Assembly (NCBI GenBank): GCA_965230045.1
Contig: OZ245940.1
Span: 1,847,590 to 1,911,589, forward strand
Length of the DNA: 64,000 nucleotides
Source of the DNA: Bacteroidales bacterium
Lineage (GTDB): Bacteria; Bacteroidota; Bacteroidia; Bacteroidales; WRLA01
Reading direction: 5' to 3'
Under the pieces are notes generated by a model. The model searched no databases, was not told the DNA's origin, and saw nothing but the letters and a program-made list of their open reading frames with translations. Below are positions 21,154-31,563 of the stretch, piece by piece (the first letter of the stretch is position 1; every line of letters starts with the position of its first letter). The position numbers and the translations under genes were made by a program.

Positions 21154-22154
21154 GTTTTTTTGCCATTATCCCATTTTAAATAATATGCGAGCCATTTAAA
21201 CGTGTTTTTAAAGGTTCCCATATTACAAATCAATTCTTCTCTCGAGTATTCCGGTAATTTAAATATGTTGTCGTTTTCTAGTTTTGCCAATTGATCCAAA
21301 CAAACCAAACCCCTACTTGCAATTATTGCAATGAACCTTGCAAATTTCATTTTATTTTTTTGTGGAAAATCTGATTGCTCAATTAGTTTATAGATTTCAT
21401 TTAGAATTGAATTATAATGAGCGCGGAGGCTTTTCATCGACTTCGTTCTTGTTGCCAAGGTGGATATCTTTGCCTGATAATCTTTATAAATGTCAAAAAT
21501 ATCATTCTCCAGTTGGCCTAACAAACCAATTTTCATTAAAAGCCCGTTTTCTGTTTCGGTGGGCTTGCCATTTAATGCCGATCGATAGAAAAGTATCGAA
21601 ACGCCTCCCTTTTGTTTGGTGATATGCAAAATATCATCAGAAGACAGCTTTGCGTTTGTTTGTTGTTTGCTTAAAATCTGGGCATTATAAACGGCCTTGA
21701 AGCTGCTCTTGATTTGTTCGCCACCTTCTTGTTCGAGGGCTTTTAAGTAAAACCCGACGAATAACTTTTCATGGGCATTTTCGCATATTGCAATAGCCGG
21801 ATTATTAATAAGCTCTTTAATATGCTCTTCATGCGTGTCTTTTTCATCAAAAAAGTCATCAAATAAGCCTGTTAAGCCACCTAAATAAGTCAGGGTCTTT
21901 CTTTCCGGAAGGGTCATTTTTGTTCCTCTCAGAAGGCAGAATATTTCACCGATTATTGGTACGGCCAATCCGTAATATTGCCTGATTTTGGTAAAGTCTT
22001 TTTCAGTTAAACTTTGGTCGTTATCCTTGTTAATATCTTTTAAGTCAAGTAAAATGCTTTTTCCCATGAAAATTTTCTGCATCTTAAAACTCTTTCGTAG
22101 AAAAAGATACAGCGAGGGTATTTTGATCGTATTGCTTAGGATTTTTAATATCAT
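21150..22154 (-). CDS. Class I isoprenoid/terpene synthase-like protein
   Basis: DDxxD motif (LFDDFFD), KGG, and NSE/DTE-like QLENDIFDIYKD. Confidence 0.6.
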   Translation of the reverse strand: MILKILSNTIKIPSLYLFLRKSFKMQKIFMGKSILLDLKDINKDNDQSLTEKDFTKIRQYYGLAVPIIGEIFCLLRGTKMTLPERKTLTYLGGLTGLFDDFFDEKDTHEEHIKELINNPAIAICENAHEKLFVGFYLKALEQEGGEQIKSSFKAVYNAQILSKQQTNAKLSSDDILHITKQKGGVSILFYRSALNGKPTETENGLLMKIGLLGQLENDIFDIYKDYQAKISTLATRTKSMKSLRAHYNSILNEIYKLIEQSDFPQKNKMKFARFIAIIASRGLVCLDQLAKLENDNIFKLPEYSREELICNMGTFKNTFKWLAYYLKWDNGKKT

Positions 22155-22310
22155 AAGTTATGGTGTTTGTCGGAGTGCACTCATGAGAATGAATCATTTT
22201 ACATTAATTTTCAAGTAGCATTCTTATGTCGGTTACAACATTTTGTGCTATTGCTCAAAGATAAAGATTCTCATCATGCGGAAGGTTTTGTTGTCCATAA
22301 ATGCGTGCAC

Positions 22311-22345
22311 AAAAAAAGGCTGCCTTTTTGTGGACAGCCTCTTTT
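22311..22345 (-). terminator. Terminator after rny
   Basis: AGGCTG/CAGCCT stem with A run on the plus strand. Confidence 0.65.
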
Positions 22346-22363
22346 GCTTTAAAAGCTGTGAAA

Positions 22364-23905
22364 CTACTTGGCGTAGCTTACGGCTCTTGTTTCGCGAATC
22401 ACAGTAATTTTGATTTGTCCGGGATAGGTCATTTCTTCCTGGATTTTTTTACTGAGATCGTAAGAAAGCTTATTGATATCGTCATCGGTAACTTTATCGG
22501 CGCCAACGATAACGCGCAGTTCACGTCCTGCCTGGATGGCATATGTTTTAACAACGCCCGGATAGTCCAGGGCGAGTTCTTCCAGTTTGTTGAGGCGCTG
22601 TATGTAAGCTTCAACCACTTCCCGGCGTGCTCCGGGGCGTGCTCCGCTAATGGCATCGCAAACCTGAACCAGAGGAGCAAAAAGTGATTCCATTTCCACT
22701 TCATCGTGGTGGGAACCGACAGCATTGCATACGTCTGGTTTTTCTTTGAATTTTTCAGCCAGTTTCATGCCGAGTATAGCGTGCGGAAGATCGGTTTCGT
22801 TTTCTGCTACTTTTCCAATATCGTGCAACAGTCCGGCGCGTTTGGCCTTTTTGGGGTTCAGCCCGATTTCCGAAGCCATTGTAGCGCATAAACGGGCGAC
22901 TTCTTTGCTATGGTGCAGCAGGTTTTGTCCATAAGATGAACGGTATTTCATTCTTCCAACCAGTTTAATTAGTTCCAGGTGCATTCCATGGATTCCAAGA
23001 TCCATAGTGGCACGTTTCCCGGTTTCAATAATTTCCTGATCCAGCTGTTTCTTGGTTTTCGCAACCACTTCTTCAATGCGAGCCGGGTGGATGCGGCCAT
23101 CAGTAACTAGTTTGTGCAGCGAAAGGCGTGCAACCTCGCGGCGGATCGGGTCAAAAGAACTCAGGATAATCGCTTCCGGACTGTCGTCAATAATGATTTC
23201 AACGCCTGTAAGTGCTTCTAAAGCCCTGATATTTCGTCCTTCACGTCCAATAATGCGGCCTTTGATTTCGTCGCTCTCGATATTGAATACCGAAACAGTA
23301 TTTTCGATGGCGTGCTCGGCAGCTGTACGTTGAATAGTTTCGACAACAATTTTTTTGGCTTCGCTGTTTGCGGAGAGCCGGGCTTCTTCAATGATTTCCT
23401 GAGCTAAGTTGCTTGCCTCGGCCCTTGCTTCATTTTTCAGGCTTTCAACCAGTTGTTCCTTGGCTTCTTCTGCAGAAAGGCCACTGATTGTTTCCAGTCT
23501 TTTTACATGTTCGCGATGCGCATTTTCAACCTCTTTTTCCTTGCGTGTCAGCGATTCTTCTTTAGCAGTCAATTCATTTTTAAGGTTGTTGACTTCCCTT
23601 TGTTTGTTTTTCAGGTCTTCAAATTTGCTGTTTAAGCTTTGTTCTTTTTGTTTTAGCCTGTTTTCGTTTTTCTGAACCTGGCTATTTCGGTTATTGACCA
23701 GCTTCTCATGTTCTTCTTTTAACTGAAGGAATTTTTCTTTTGCCTGAAGGATTTTGTCTTTTTTGATTACTTCGGCTTTTTCTTCAGCTTCTTTTATGAT
23801 CTTGTTGCTTTTTGATGCTGCAGATTTTTTGAAGTATTGTGCAACACCAATCGCGCCCAGGATCAGTCCGGCCAGCCCGGCTGCTATTGTAAGGATAATG
23901 TCCAT
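22364..23905 (-). CDS. rny: Ribonuclease Y
   Basis: N-terminal TM, coiled coil, KH ([13 protein letters not shown]), HD (LLHDIGK), YAIQAGRE. Confidence 0.97.
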   Translation of the reverse strand: MDIILTIAAGLAGLILGAIGVAQYFKKSAASKSNKIIKEAEEKAEVIKKDKILQAKEKFLQLKEEHEKLVNNRNSQVQKNENRLKQKEQSLNSKFEDLKNKQREVNNLKNELTAKEESLTRKEKEVENAHREHVKRLETISGLSAEEAKEQLVESLKNEARAEASNLAQEIIEEARLSANSEAKKIVVETIQRTAAEHAIENTVSVFNIESDEIKGRIIGREGRNIRALEALTGVEIIIDDSPEAIILSSFDPIRREVARLSLHKLVTDGRIHPARIEEVVAKTKKQLDQEIIETGKRATMDLGIHGMHLELIKLVGRMKYRSSYGQNLLHHSKEVARLCATMASEIGLNPKKAKRAGLLHDIGKVAENETDLPHAILGMKLAEKFKEKPDVCNAVGSHHDEVEMESLFAPLVQVCDAISGARPGARREVVEAYIQRLNKLEELALDYPGVVKTYAIQAGRELRVIVGADKVTDDDINKLSYDLSKKIQEEMTYPGQIKITVIRETRAVSYAK

Positions 23906-23943
23906 AAGCTATTAAATTTAATAGGAAAGCCTGAAGCGTAAAA

Positions 23944-24136
23944 GATACCCGCAGGAGGCCCATGAGTTATGGTAACCCCATAACTGACAGGTTTAGAGTT
24001 CCGGACAACCACAAACGTCCACTGCTTCCAAGGAAGATCCCAAAGGGATTGAGGCCTGTTTTTGGCTATCCAAGTTTACTCTGCTGGATAGTTTACTGTT
24101 GAGTTTCCAAACTGGTGGACCAATGCGGGTAATATC
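23944..24136 (-). ncRNA. ssrS: 6S RNA
   Basis: ~190 nt between zapA and rny (conserved synteny); terminal complementarity GATACCCGCA / TGCGGGTAATATC; internal hairpins. Confidence 0.75.
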
Positions 24137-24166
24137 ATTTTATGTGCAAGAACGTAGCCAATGGCA

Positions 24167-24451
24167 TCAGTTGTTCTTCAGCATATCGTCTAAGGAACTG
24201 AGTTTTTGAGCGAAGCCTGCCCGTGTATCATGCAATTCCTGCTTGTGATTGAGCGCTTCCGTTGTATATTGCAAGGCAACCATCGCCAGCAAATCTTGCT
24301 TGTCGCGAAAGGCAAAACTTGACGCGTACTTCTTGGATTGCTCTTCTATAAGCCGGGCTGCTTCCCGGAAAAGAGCTTCTTCCTCCTCGCTTTCAACGTT
24401 AAGCCTGTAAGGGCGGTCGGCTATGGTTACACTTATCTTTAATATCGGCAT
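24167..24451 (-). CDS. zapA: Cell division protein ZapA
   Basis: ISVTIADRPYRL..EEE..FREAA...DKQDLLAMVAL. Confidence 0.9.
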   Translation of the reverse strand: MPILKISVTIADRPYRLNVESEEEEALFREAARLIEEQSKKYASSFAFRDKQDLLAMVALQYTTEALNHKQELHDTRAGFAQKLSSLDDMLKNN

Positions 24452-24469
24452 AAAACTTGTTTTCCCTTA

Positions 24470-24760
24470 TTATGTCTGCTTCAAAACTGTGATGCACTTG
24501 TCTATTTCCCGCACCAGTTCGGTTATGTATTTTTTAGCTTCAGCGTTTCCTTTGCTGTTTTTAATTGATTCTGAATACGTTGTTAAATTAAAATTCTTTT
24601 TAAGTTTCTTGATTTCTTCATTCTGCTCTTGCATGCTCTGGCTTAACTCCTTGTTGCGGGCAATAAGCCCTTCTTTTTCAATCTCCAGTTTTTCATTATG
24701 GTCAATTAATTTTTTTAATCGACTTTCAATGCTGGAAATGAGTTCATCCAAATTGTCCAT
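24470..24760 (-). CDS. Coiled-coil protein upstream of zapA (ZapB-like)
   Basis: Heptad-rich, ends LVREIDKCI; start at MDNLDEL. Confidence 0.8.
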   Translation of the reverse strand: MDNLDELISSIESRLKKLIDHNEKLEIEKEGLIARNKELSQSMQEQNEEIKKLKKNFNLTTYSESIKNSKGNAEAKKYITELVREIDKCITVLKQT

Positions 24761-24790
24761 ACATCGTTCAGATTGTATTAAATCAATTAG

Positions 24791-24798
24791 CAAAAGTA
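24791..24798 (-). promoter_or_regulatory. Bacteroidetes -7 promoter element (TACTTTTG)
   Basis: CAAAAGTA on plus strand, 30 bp upstream of the 24760 start; matches TAnnTTTG. Confidence 0.6.
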
Positions 24799-24862
24799 CT
24801 AAAAATACAAGCTGAGTAGTACTTTTGTTCGATTTAATTTAATTTGCTTGCCTTAAATTCTT

Positions 24863-25555
24863 CTATTCTTCGCCGCTTTCCTCCTGCAGCAGGTCCGGTC
24901 GCCTTTTTTTTGTGCGTTCAAACGACTGCCGGTATTTCCATTCAATTATTTTTTTTTCATTGCCGGATAGCAGGATGTCAGGTACTTTCATCCCCCGAAA
25001 ATCATAGGGGCGCGTATAAACCGGGGCGCTTAGCAGCCCGTCCTGAAAGGAATCGCTCAAAGCAGAGGTTTCATCGCCCAAAACTCCGGGCAGCAAACGC
25101 ACCAGGCTGTCGGTGATAACGGCAGCGGCGAGCTCTCCGCCGGACAAAACATAATCGCCAATACTGATTTCACGTGTAATGTATTTTTCCCGAATGCGTT
25201 CGTCAAGGCCTTTATAATGACCGCAAATGATCATCAGGTTCTTTTTCGTGCTTAAATGATTGGCAATGTTTTGATTAAATGGCTCACCGTCGGGCGTCGT
25301 GAAAATGATTTCGTCGTATGCCTGATTTTTGGTGAGAAATTCGATATTATCAGCGACAGGTTGCGGCATCATCACCATACCTGCACCGCCGCCATAAGGA
25401 TAGTCATCGGCCTGCTTGTGCTTGTTTGTGGCAAAATCCCTGATATTGTGCAGCCTGATATCAACAAGTGCTTTGGCTTTTGCCCGCTTGATGATGGAAT
25501 GGCTGAACGGTCCTTCAAACATTTCCGGGAAAAGGCTTAGGATATCTATATTCAT
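24863..25555 (-). CDS. trmD: tRNA (guanine37-N1)-methyltransferase
   Basis: [43 protein letters not shown]. Confidence 0.97.
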   Translation of the reverse strand: MNIDILSLFPEMFEGPFSHSIIKRAKAKALVDIRLHNIRDFATNKHKQADDYPYGGGAGMVMMPQPVADNIEFLTKNQAYDEIIFTTPDGEPFNQNIANHLSTKKNLMIICGHYKGLDERIREKYITREISIGDYVLSGGELAAAVITDSLVRLLPGVLGDETSALSDSFQDGLLSAPVYTRPYDFRGMKVPDILLSGNEKKIIEWKYRQSFERTKKRRPDLLQEESGEE

Positions 25556-25616
25556 AAGTATTTCGTTTTGAATCGCCAAAATTAAGCTTTTCAGAAAACT
25601 CCGGGCTATCGAAAAG

Positions 25617-25647
25617 AAAAAGGGATTCCGTTTTTGAAATCCCTTTT
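25617..25647 (-). terminator. Terminator after aldehyde dehydrogenase
   Basis: AAAAGGGATT / AATCCCTTTT stem. Confidence 0.6.
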
Positions 25648-25651
25648 GATC

Positions 25652-27046
25652 CTAGCAACCCTGACCACAAGGTGCTACTATTCCAATCCATATGGTTTTG
25701 ATATTCACAAATTCACGAATTCCAAAATGTGACAGCTCACGGCCAAAACCGGATTTTTTTATGCCACCAAAAGGCAGACGAGGATCAGATTTCGTCATTC
25801 CGTTTATAAATACACTACCGCTTTCAATGCGGCGCGCCATTTTTTCGGCTTTCGTGATATCGTTACTCCAAATGCTGGCTCCAAGGCCAAATTCGGAGAG
25901 ATTCGCCAATTTTATGGCTTCATCCATATCTTTTGCTTTGATAATGGGCATCACCGGGCCAAAAGTTTCTTCATCAAAAACAGGCATGCCGGGCTTCACA
26001 TCTGTTAGAAGCGCAGGCATAAAATAATAACCGCTGCGTTCTGGGATTGTGCCTCCAAAAATCAATTTAGCTCCGGCATCCACAGATTTTAAAACTTGTT
26101 GGTGCAATTCATCGCGCAGGTCTTTGCGTGCCAGCGGGCCAATATCCGTTCCTTCTTCTGTCGGATTTCCGATTTTCATTTTCTCTAGCCTGTTTTTGAT
26201 TAATGCTACGAACTCATCATGCACGCTTTCCAGGACAATAAACCGTTTGGCCGCAATACAGCTCTGCCCGTTATTGATCATGCGCGCAATTATGGCTGTG
26301 TCGGCAGCTTTCTTGAGGTCGGCGTCGCAACAAACGATGAAAGGATCTGCCCCGCCAAGCTCTAAAACAGATTTTTTGAGTGCTTTACCTGCTTGTGCAG
26401 CAACGGCGCTTCCGGCAGATTCGCTGCCTGTGAGGCTCACAGCTTTTACATTTTTGTTGTTGATTACGGCCTCTACGCCATCGGAAGAAATGATCAGATT
26501 CCGGAATATATTTTTTGGGAGGCCGGCTTTGGTAAAAGTATATTCAATCCATTGGGCGCAGCCCTGAACATTGGAAGAATGCTTAAGCAAAGCAGCATTT
26601 CCAGCCATGATTGCCGGGGCTGCAAAGCGGTACACCTGCCAGAATGGAAAATTCCAGGGCATCACCCCCAGCACAATGCCTAATGGCTCGTAGGTTATCA
26701 TGCTTTTAAATGCATCAGACGCAATAAATTCATCTTTGAGCATCTCTTTTGCATGATTGGCATAATACTCACATACCATTGCGGATTTTTCTACTTCTGC
26801 AAGTGCTTCAGGGAGGATTTTGCCCATTTCAAGGCAAATAATTTTGGCCAGTTTCTCTTTTTCTTCACGCAATTGTTTGGCGACTTCCCGGAGCAGGTTG
26901 GCTCTTTTTTCAATGGGCTTTTCTTTCCAAAGTAACCAATCGGCCTGCGTTTTTTCGATTATCTGTTGAACCTCCTCCGGTGCGTGTTTGGTGTATTCCT
27001 GGATTATTTCTTCCGTTGCTGGGTTGATGCTTTTCATGTCATTCAT
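25652..27046 (-). CDS. NAD(P)-dependent succinate-semialdehyde dehydrogenase-like ALDH
   Basis: MPWNFPFWQ, LELGGADP, NNGQSCIAAKR, EETFGP, PFGGIKKSGFGRE. Confidence 0.9.
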   Translation of the reverse strand: MNDMKSINPATEEIIQEYTKHAPEEVQQIIEKTQADWLLWKEKPIEKRANLLREVAKQLREEKEKLAKIICLEMGKILPEALAEVEKSAMVCEYYANHAKEMLKDEFIASDAFKSMITYEPLGIVLGVMPWNFPFWQVYRFAAPAIMAGNAALLKHSSNVQGCAQWIEYTFTKAGLPKNIFRNLIISSDGVEAVINNKNVKAVSLTGSESAGSAVAAQAGKALKKSVLELGGADPFIVCCDADLKKAADTAIIARMINNGQSCIAAKRFIVLESVHDEFVALIKNRLEKMKIGNPTEEGTDIGPLARKDLRDELHQQVLKSVDAGAKLIFGGTIPERSGYYFMPALLTDVKPGMPVFDEETFGPVMPIIKAKDMDEAIKLANLSEFGLGASIWSNDITKAEKMARRIESGSVFINGMTKSDPRLPFGGIKKSGFGRELSHFGIREFVNIKTIWIGIVAPCGQGC

Positions 27047-27155
27047 TTTAAGTTATTTGGATATGTTGTTATGCGGATGGCAAACAGCCGATAAGATACG
27101 AAAATGTTTCGTAATAACCAAAAAAACATGAAATGGGGCGTATAAGGTTTACCTA

Positions 27156-27518
27156 TTAGCTTAGATAGCGATTGAGTATTTTCTTGAATGCCAGAATGTC
27201 GATAGGCTTACTGATGTAATCAGAACATCCACTATCCAGTGCCTTTTGTTTATCGCCCGACATTGCAAAGGCGGTTTGGGCAACAATGGCTACCTCATTA
27301 TTGGTTTCCCTGATTTTTTTTGCGATATCCAATCCGCTGATATCGGGTAAACGGATATCAAGCAGGATTAGCTTAAGGTCGGCCTGATGCTTTTCAAATA
27401 ATTCCATCGCTTCAGCTCCGTCATGTGCCCAAAAAAGCTCAACCGGATATTTGCCTATTATTTTGCTGATAAGAAAGTAATTATCTTCAACGTCTTCAAT
27501 GACCAATACTGCGCTCAT
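27156..27518 (-). CDS. Single-domain response regulator
   Basis: VIED, LLDIRLP, AQTAFA, ISKP. Confidence 0.9.
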   Translation of the reverse strand: MSAVLVIEDVEDNYFLISKIIGKYPVELFWAHDGAEAMELFEKHQADLKLILLDIRLPDISGLDIAKKIRETNNEVAIVAQTAFAMSGDKQKALDSGCSDYISKPIDILAFKKILNRYLS

Positions 27519-27574
27519 AATATCTGTTTTATTCTTGCAATATTAGTGAAAATTGTTCAAAAATTCCAGTAGTT

Positions 27575-29071
27575 TTAAAGGTGGATATGCTTTTTTTGAA
27601 ACGAAAAGAGGAATAAACCCATAAAAGTGATCATTCCGTTTATTATAAGTAGTTCAAAGCCAAATTTATAACCGTTAAACCAGCTTTCAGAGTTCAGGCT
27701 GATGACATAGCTGATTATTGGGGATGCCAGGGCAATGTAGGGAACAGCTTTGTCCATGCTTTTTCTTTTCGTAAACAAACCAAATGAATAAAGCCCAAGT
27801 AATGGCCCGTATGTGTAGCCTGCTGCACGGAAAACCTCATTGATTACACTGTCGTTATTAATGATTTTAAACCCGGCAATAACCAAAAACATAATTGTGG
27901 ACATCATAATGTGAATGCCCAGACGCACTTTTTTTTGTTTCGTTTTTTCCATTTTGCCGATGTTTAAAAAATCAATGCAAAAGGATGTGGTTAATGCAGT
28001 AAGTGCTGAATCGGCACTGGAGAATGCTGCCGCGATGATGCCGAGCAAAAATACAATGCCGGCAAAGGTGCTGAAATGTTTGATGGCCAGAATCGGGAAA
28101 AGTGCATCAGTATGACTGTAAGCGCCTTTTCCCGGATCAAACCAAAAGCCGTCTTCCGGAGTAAAAGCTATAGCATTTTGCTGAATATAAATATAGAGCA
28201 GTGAGCCGAGCGACAGGAAAAGCAAATTCACCGGAATTAGTGTCAGGCTCATGCTGATCATGTTTTTTTGCGAATCTTTCAGGCTGCGGCAGGTAAGGTT
28301 TTTCTGCATCATATTCTGATCAAGCCCGGTCATCACAATGGCAATAAATGCTCCGGAAAAAAATTGTTTGAAAAAATTCCCTTTGGCTCGCCAGTCCCAG
28401 TTGAAGGTATTCGAAAATTCGCTTTCGCGTATGCTGGAAACCATTTGCGAAAAATCCATGTTCAGGTCTTTGGTGATAATAAACATGCTTACAATTACCG
28501 CCAGAAGCATAAATAAGGTTTGCAGCGTATCTGTCCAAACGATGGTTTTGATGCCGGCACGAAATGTGTAAATATAAATCAGGGCAATGGTGATTAACAC
28601 GGTGATTTCAAAGGGAATGCCAAATGCATCGAAAAAGGCAATCTGCAATACATTGGCCACAAGGAAAAGCCGGAAAGATGCGCCAATCATTTGGCTAATT
28701 AGAAAAAACGCAGCTCCGGTTTTGTAAGAGCGTTTGCCAAACCGAGTGCCTAACCAACTGTAAATCGAGATGAGGTTGTTTTTGTAATAAAGCGGAAGCA
28801 GGATGCCGGCAATGGCTGCATAACCAAGAAGATAGCCTAAAACGAGCTGGAAATAACTGAAGCCGCTGTTTCCAACTTCGCCGGGAATGCTGATAAAGGT
28901 AACTCCCGAAAGTGATGCGCCGATCATTCCAAAAGCCACAACAAACCAGGGCGATTGCCTGTTCCCTGTAAAAAACGTGCTGTTGCTCCTGTTTTTTGAT
29001 GTAAAATGTGAGATGATGATCAGGATCAGGAAGTAGGAGGCAATAACGCCAAAAACCAGTAGTGGGCTCAT
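27575..29071 (-). CDS. Sodium:solute symporter
   Basis: Polytopic; FFTGNRQSPW, GASLSGVTFISIPG, WTDTLQ, GLDQNMMQK, AAAFSSADS. Confidence 0.9.
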   Translation of the reverse strand: MSPLLVFGVIASYFLILIIISHFTSKNRSNSTFFTGNRQSPWFVVAFGMIGASLSGVTFISIPGEVGNSGFSYFQLVLGYLLGYAAIAGILLPLYYKNNLISIYSWLGTRFGKRSYKTGAAFFLISQMIGASFRLFLVANVLQIAFFDAFGIPFEITVLITIALIYIYTFRAGIKTIVWTDTLQTLFMLLAVIVSMFIITKDLNMDFSQMVSSIRESEFSNTFNWDWRAKGNFFKQFFSGAFIAIVMTGLDQNMMQKNLTCRSLKDSQKNMISMSLTLIPVNLLFLSLGSLLYIYIQQNAIAFTPEDGFWFDPGKGAYSHTDALFPILAIKHFSTFAGIVFLLGIIAAAFSSADSALTALTTSFCIDFLNIGKMEKTKQKKVRLGIHIMMSTIMFLVIAGFKIINNDSVINEVFRAAGYTYGPLLGLYSFGLFTKRKSMDKAVPYIALASPIISYVISLNSESWFNGYKFGFELLIINGMITFMGLFLFSFQKKHIHL

Positions 29072-29075
29072 AAAA

Positions 29076-30266
29076 TTAATTTTCGGGATAGAGTAAATAG
29101 TTTTTTCTCAGTCGGCCGTATGTTTCCAGATCAGCGCTCCAGCTTTTACGGATATCCTCAATGCTTTCTCCGTTCAGGATTTGTTCTGCAAGTATATCAT
29201 TGCCTGCCAGCAGGTTAAACCAGCGTTCCCTGCTGATGAAATCCGCTTCCGTATTGATTTCCCTAAGTTTAACAAAAGCCTCGGTCAGATACGAAAGATC
29301 GAAAATAACATCCTGTATTTCAGTGAGCCGTAGGTCGGTGCCGTAACATATTTTGTTTTCATGGCGGGGATTTTTGGACATGCCTTCAATGCTTTTTGGA
29401 ACAAAACTAAACTCTCCAAAACGTTGATCGGGATAGCCGATTACCTGAAAAGGAAAATAAGTGCCACGTCCGATACTGATATCTGTTGCTTCAAAAAAGC
29501 AAAGTGAAGGATAAAGCTTGATGCTCAAATGATTAGGTAAATTTGGGCTGGGTTTGACCGGTAAGGGATACTCCATATTGTGCTTGTAGCCTGACATGGG
29601 AATAACCGTGAGTTCGGCCTTGGATTTATTTTTTAACCAGCCTTCGCCATTGATCATCAGTGCCAGCTCACCAACTGTAAGCCCATGAACAACCGGAATG
29701 GGGTGCATGCCCACAAATGATCGGAAAGCAGTGTCAAGCACGGGGCCATCAAAATATTGTCCGTTGGGATTGGGACGGTCGAGCACTATAAAGGGTATGT
29801 TGTTTTCGGCAGCAGCTTCCATCGCCAGGTGCATGGTGCTGATGTAGGTGTAAAAACGTACGCCAACGTCTTGTATATCAAATACCAGGACATCAATATC
29901 ACGAAGCATTTCCTTGCTGGGTTTGCGTGTTTTACCGTAAAGCGAACGGATTTCCGTGCCGGTTTTGCTGTCTTTTGAGCTGTTTATTTTTTCTCCGGCA
30001 TCGGCATTGCCCCGGAAACCATGCTCGGGCGTAAAAACAGCTTGCACTTTGAGTCCGGCATTTAAAAGGCTGTCGAGCAGGTGTTTGCCGTTAATTAAAC
30101 TGCTTTGGTTGGCAATGAGCCCAATCCTTTTGCCTTCCAATAAAGGAAAGTATTCATCGGTTTGATAACATGCCGGCAGTTTTTGGTCTGTGGGCGTTTC
30201 CTGGGCCTGGCAGGAAAGCGTAATAAAAACCAGCAGGGCTATGTGGATGAAAATGCTTTTCTTCAT
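29076..30266 (-). CDS. Exo-beta-N-acetylmuramidase NamZ family (DUF1343)
   Basis: PEHGFRG, FDIQDVGVRFYTY, LDRPNP, PSPNLPN, SIGRGT. Confidence 0.88.
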   Translation of the reverse strand: MKKSIFIHIALLVFITLSCQAQETPTDQKLPACYQTDEYFPLLEGKRIGLIANQSSLINGKHLLDSLLNAGLKVQAVFTPEHGFRGNADAGEKINSSKDSKTGTEIRSLYGKTRKPSKEMLRDIDVLVFDIQDVGVRFYTYISTMHLAMEAAAENNIPFIVLDRPNPNGQYFDGPVLDTAFRSFVGMHPIPVVHGLTVGELALMINGEGWLKNKSKAELTVIPMSGYKHNMEYPLPVKPSPNLPNHLSIKLYPSLCFFEATDISIGRGTYFPFQVIGYPDQRFGEFSFVPKSIEGMSKNPRHENKICYGTDLRLTEIQDVIFDLSYLTEAFVKLREINTEADFISRERWFNLLAGNDILAEQILNGESIEDIRKSWSADLETYGRLRKNYLLYPEN

Positions 30267-30347
30267 AGTTGTTTTTTGCAAAAATAATCCTTTTATGCAG
30301 ATTGCTTTTGCAATGAGGCGGCGATTCGGAAATTTCAAGGGAACTAT

Positions 30348-30878
30348 TTACCTGAAATCGCTGAAGCCGTCCTCTTCCTTAAACTTTTTCGGTTGAGGAG
30401 GCGTATATTCATCTTTAAGCAGGCCATAGCAAAAAATGTCGTAATATTTTCCTTCAAAGTATTTTGCCTGGCGCAAAGTGCCCTCTTTTTTAAAGCCGCA
30501 GGAAACAAAAAGTTTTTCGGAAACAGGGTTAAAAGCCACTATTTCAGCTTCAATGCGCATCAGGTTCATGCTTTGGAACGCATATCTTAAAACAGAAGTG
30601 AGCGCCTTTTTTCCATAGCCCTGCCCCTGAAAACTCTCAGCAATAAATATGGAAACCATGGCTTTGCGGTTATACCATTTTATGTTTCTCAGGCTGATTT
30701 CGCCAATGAGCATATTTTCTTCTTCAATTCGGAAAATCTGTTCGTTGGGCATTTTTTCCGGATATAAGCGTGTTTCGCTGAGCGGACTGATGTCGGAATA
30801 ATCCGCTATAAGCCTTTCCAGCTCAGGGTCATTGGCTGAGGTGGAAATCAGTTTCAGGTTCTCCCATTGCAGGTACAT
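30348..30878 (-). CDS. GNAT acetyltransferase (RimJ/RimL type)
   Basis: FQGQGYG, N..SEKLF...GFKKEG.LR. Confidence 0.85.
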   Translation of the reverse strand: MYLQWENLKLISTSANDPELERLIADYSDISPLSETRLYPEKMPNEQIFRIEEENMLIGEISLRNIKWYNRKAMVSIFIAESFQGQGYGKKALTSVLRYAFQSMNLMRIEAEIVAFNPVSEKLFVSCGFKKEGTLRQAKYFEGKYYDIFCYGLLKDEYTPPQPKKFKEEDGFSDFR

Positions 30879-31028
30879 TTTTATTTGGTTTTAATGATGT
30901 TGCAATAATAAATGGCAATGAAAATATATATCTTGTCGTTTGGAATCGGCTTCGGATAAATATCTGACCCAAGGCAAATTTATAAATAAAAATGCTCTGC
31001 TTTATGACAGGCGTGAAAATATTTCATC

Positions 31029-31490
31029 TCAAATTTGATGCTCCTTAATAATAGAGTTAATCTCCTGGGTGAGATCGCCCTTATAAAGCTCAGAGCGCTG
31101 AAAAGCAGCAATCAGGTTTGTCTTTGCATGGTATCGGACAGCTTCCTTTGCGTATTTTATTCCTTTGTCATTGCTTGCTGTCGTGATGAGGCTTACTTCG
31201 ATATTTTCCGGTATTTCTTTGAGGAATGTGCGTATGGCAGGGCTCAGGCCTTTCATCCACACAGGGCCGATCAAGATGAGTTTTGTAACCAGGTTATATG
31301 GAATCTCTTCATGCCGGATGTCGGTGTCATTCTTGTTCAGTGCATCCCATTCGTTGCGGAAAAAGCCAAACAAGCCATGACGTTTTTTGAGGTCAATAAG
31401 TGGAAATAGCGGAGCAGTAAGCCGTTCGGAAAGTTTTTCGGCCAGAAATCTGGAATTGCCTTTCAATGAATAATAGCAAACAATACTCAT
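31029..31490 (-). CDS. Flavodoxin-like protein
   Basis: YYSLKGNSR..AE and LIGPVW motifs. Confidence 0.7.
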   Translation of the reverse strand: MSIVCYYSLKGNSRFLAEKLSERLTAPLFPLIDLKKRHGLFGFFRNEWDALNKNDTDIRHEEIPYNLVTKLILIGPVWMKGLSPAIRTFLKEIPENIEVSLITTASNDKGIKYAKEAVRYHAKTNLIAAFQRSELYKGDLTQEINSIIKEHQI

Positions 31491-31563
31491 ATCCCCAAAA
31501 GTACGTTTTTTCAGGAGATGGGCAATTCATCTGAATAAAATTAGAATAGCTTATTTCAAAAAC

